In this document: positions 61,451 through 64,000 of the stretch, one piece after another | Numbering within the stretch: the stretch's first letter is position 1 | Layout of the letters: every line of letters starts with the position of its first letter | Assembly (NCBI GenBank): GCA_903821745.1 | Contig: CAIJMI010000004.1 | Location: forward strand, 4,589-68,588 | Length of the DNA: 64,000 bases | Reading direction: 5' to 3' | Source: Candidatus Gottesmanbacteria bacterium | GTDB lineage: Bacteria; Patescibacteriota; Microgenomatia; UBA10105; UBA927 | Position numbers and translations under genes: made by a program | The notes under the pieces: generated by a model | Databases searched by the model: none | The model's input: only the letters and a program-made list of their open reading frames with translations | What the model was told of the DNA's origin: nothing

Positions 61451-62332
61451 TTATCGTGTAAAAATTTCTTCTGAAGTATAAACAGAACGAATCTGCGCTG
61501 CTGTTGGAATTTTTGGGGTAATCTGAAGATCAGCAAGTTGCTTCTCGTACAATTTTTTTGCAAGAGCCGGACAATAATAGTCATTGCCGAAATCCCCACC
61601 AACACAAAGTGTCGGAGAATACATAGAAATAAATGTTTGTTGATCCCTAAGGTCAATGGGTTCGCAGTCTAAAAGCCCCCATGGTTCATCATAATGATTG
61701 TCCGGATTTAACCCAAACAAAGCACCCCATACAACAAATGTTGTTTTGATGTTATGTTCTGCAACAACTTTACTCACCTCATTTATTCCCCATCTGTTCC
61801 CGATGGGCACAATAAAAATAAGTTCTTTCGGATGATATTTAGAAAGAAGGGAGTGGAGTGTGGCAATGAGATTTCTTCCTGCAGCAATACTGTCTGCTAT
61901 AACCCAACATCCATCTTCGCACAACCCTTCGGTATTTTCATAGGCATAGGATGTGGTAATACTCGTTGCCGTTTTTACATGATTTGCACCGATAAAACAA
62001 TCGCCGTAATGCGTTTTTATTCCTGCATAAAAAAGTGCACTTGATAATCGGCATGCAACAGTTTCACGAAGGAGCGTAATGGTTGAAATAGTATATGGAT
62101 CATGGGCATGCAATATTTTTTGAACAGCAGGCAATGATAATGATTGTACAGTGGCCTGAAAGGTATCATCCTCACGCAGCGCTCCCAAGTGTTCTCGACA
62201 GGGAATAAATGTTTCTTGTTTTCCTGTTTTTTGAATATACCCAACGGTTAATGCACGTGTTTCTTTTGATTGAAACCCAAGGATCGGATATCCTGACGTT
62301 GAGGGAGCAAATTCATGGTAAAAAATGCGCAT
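61451..62332 (-). CDS. Hypothetical protein (start uncertain; Met33 ATG at 62330-62332 chosen)
   Basis: ORF-track ORF 61451..62428 would overlap the ftsH start; the internal ATG leaves an ~80-bp divergent intergenic region. VIADSIAAGRNL weakly resembles a PRPP-binding loop. Confidence 0.4.
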   Translation of the reverse strand: MRIFYHEFAPSTSGYPILGFQSKETRALTVGYIQKTGKQETFIPCREHLGALREDDTFQATVQSLSLPAVQKILHAHDPYTISTITLLRETVACRLSSALFYAGIKTHYGDCFIGANHVKTATSITTSYAYENTEGLCEDGCWVIADSIAAGRNLIATLHSLLSKYHPKELIFIVPIGNRWGINEVSKVVAEHNIKTTFVVWGALFGLNPDNHYDEPWGLLDCEPIDLRDQQTFISMYSPTLCVGGDFGNDYYCPALAKKLYEKQLADLQITPKIPTAAQIRSVYTSEEIFTR

Positions 62333-62412
62333 TACCAAAGACAATACCCCCTCGTACCGCATACTGTCAAGTAGGCTAATTCCATGGTATACTACCGTAA
62401 AATAAAGGAAGC

Positions 62413-64000
62413 TATGGCAAAAAAACAAATCAAACAGGAAAACGAAATCAAACCCAACGGGACAAAAAAACCAACGAAAATGTTTGAGATGCGGTTAAAT
62501 TTTAACCTGAAAAACATCATCACGGGACTTCTGATCATTTTCATTATCTTCTCAGTGCTTGGAAACATGGGGGGTGGAGCTGCAAATATACCTGAGCAAC
62601 CGTTTACAACGATCGTTTCTGATATTAAAGAAAATAAAGTACAAACAATGGAAGTGGAGGACACAAAACTCACCGCAATTTACAAAGACGGAAAGAAAGC
62701 AATTTCCCATAAAGAACCACAAGATTCACTCTTTAAACTCCTCGAGGGAGCAGGTGTGGATCCAAAAGCTGTTGAAATCAAAGTAAAAGATCAAAACGTA
62801 AGTCAACTCTGGATGGGGATCCTCTCAAATATACTTCCTCTTGTGTTAACGGTTGTTTTTTTCCTCTTTTTGTTTCGACAAGCACGGGGTGCGCAAGATA
62901 GCGTTTTTTCATTTGGACAAAGCAAAGCAAAACTATGGAATAAAGATCTTCCAAAAATTACGTTTGCAGATGTTGCTGGTGTTGACGAGGCAAAAAATGA
63001 AGTTGTGGAAATTGTTGATTTCTTAAAAAATCCTGCAAAATATAAAGCACTGGGAGCCCGTACTCCAAAAGGGGTAATACTGGTAGGTCCCAGTGGAACA
63101 GGAAAAACATTACTTGCAAAAGCCATGGCAGGAGAAGCAAAAGTTCCGTTTTATTCCATAGCAGGAAGCGAATTTATGGAAATGCTTGTTGGAGTCGGAG
63201 CTGCACGCGTCCGAGATCTCTTTGCAACCGCAAAAAAAACAGCACCGGCAATTATATTTATCGATGAAATTGATGCCATTGGTCGTATGCGCTCAGTCGG
63301 TGCTATGGGCGGCCATGATGAGCGGGAACAGACGTTAAACCAGATTCTTGTGGAAATGGACGGATTCGAACCAAATACTGCCGTCCTCGTCGTTGCAGCA
63401 ACCAACAGAGGAGATTTACTTGATCCTGCTTTGACACGTCCTGGCAGATTTGATCGACGAGTCACGCTCGATCTTCCTGATATGGAAGGACGAAAATCGA
63501 TTCTTCTTATTCATGCAAAAGGAAAACCGTTCGCAGAAACGGTCAATTGGGATAAAGTTGCAAAACGAACCGTTGGATTTTCAGGAGCTGATCTTGAAAA
63601 CATGCTCAACGAATCAGCAATTCATGCAGCACGTCAAAATAAAAAAGTGATCTCCTATGCAGATATCGAAGAATCTGCAACAAAAGTGAAATTAGGACCT
63701 GAGAAAAAAAGACTCCAAAGTGATCTCGATCGCAAAATGACCGCAGGTCATGAAGCAGGACATGCAGTAGTCAATTACCATCTTTCGGATATGGATCGGG
63801 TCCACCGAATTTCCATTATCTCCCGCGGTATGGCGCTAGGATATACGTTGACGCCTCCAGAAAAAGACCGGCTGCATGAAACAAAATCACATCTTATTAA
63901 TCAAATTGCGACGATGATGGGCGGCCGGGCTGCTGAGGAACTCATGTACAAAGATGTGACAAGTGGGGCTGCTAATGATATTGACCAAGCAACACGCATT
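62413..64000 (+). CDS. ftsH: ATP-dependent zinc metalloprotease FtsH, 3'-partial (continues beyond window)
   Basis: Open frame from ATG ~62413 to window end: two TM segments, AAA+ Walker A GPSGTGKT, Walker [13 protein letters not shown], zinc motif HEAGHAVV. Absent from the ORF track because there is no in-window stop. Confidence 0.9.

Noticed and set aside
61451-62428. Full 325-aa ORF-track version of the hypothetical gene
   Set aside because: Its first codons would overlap the ftsH start codon region, and my hand translation of 62401-62428 did not reproduce the listed N-terminus exactly (possible 1-nt reading discrepancy). An internal ATG start is more plausible; not resolved.

Overview
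The window reads as a compact, low-GC bacterial chromosome segment with dense gene packing, many 4-nt gene overlaps and mostly housekeeping content. Several features would fit a small-genome, Candidate-Phyla-Radiation-like lineage, but I cannot confirm taxonomy from sequence alone: a 23S-5S rRNA unit without a linked 16S gene, a homing-endonuclease-bearing group I intron in the 23S gene, an ATP-dependent DNA ligase, and many uncharacterised membrane or glycan-surface proteins.

Main content, 5' to 3':
- Surface and envelope: a 5'-partial giant collagen-like (Gly-X-Y) surface protein; a divergent pair of large polytopic glycosyltransferase-like membrane proteins; a GT2 glycosyltransferase; an O-antigen-ligase-like protein and a Wzx-like flippase; a CaCA cation antiporter.
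- Information processing: rho (with a low-complexity N-terminal insertion); radA with an adjacent PIN/TRAM gene; rpsA, rpmH, rplY, pth; tRNA-Ala-23S-5S on the minus strand, the 23S interrupted at E. coli position 2593 by a group I intron encoding an I-CreI-like LAGLIDADG endonuclease; ATP-dependent DNA ligase, an endonuclease-Q-like PHP protein, nth, recF, an RNase H-like protein; the conserved rpmH-rnpA-yidD-yidC-jag cluster; a xer recombinase, an ftsB-like gene and a 3'-partial ftsH.
- Translation-related: epmA-efp, valS, and tRNA-Trp directly upstream of a trpS that carries a fused C-terminal tRNA-binding domain; a tRNA-Met(CAU) with an unusual T-loop.
- Redox and metals: gdh, an FNR-like reductase, trxB-trxA; a copper module (DsbD_2-cupredoxin fusion, copZ, csoR, copA) with a palindromic candidate CsoR operator, followed by a VKOR/DsbA pair; an SDR reductase.
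- Other: a class II Fic protein beside a small membrane protein and a Cys-rich secreted protein; a CPBP protease beside two hypotheticals; nnrD; acyP.

I see no CRISPR array, no obvious prophage and no evidence of stop-codon reassignment. The most unusual regions are:
- a small-peptide/repeat-motif locus with a consensus promoter and a bidirectional terminator (10.9-11.6 kb);
- a ~1-kb AT-rich, gene-poor stretch upstream of tRNA-Trp containing an interrupted small ORF, promoter- and terminator-like elements and a weak T-box-like motif (59.0-60.0 kb);
- the intron-containing rRNA unit;
- the copper/thiol-redox cluster;
- the Fic neighbourhood.

The ORF track appears to use ATG/GTG/TTG starts. 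Several CDS starts below are therefore re-called to internal ATGs with better homology fit or ribosome-binding sites.
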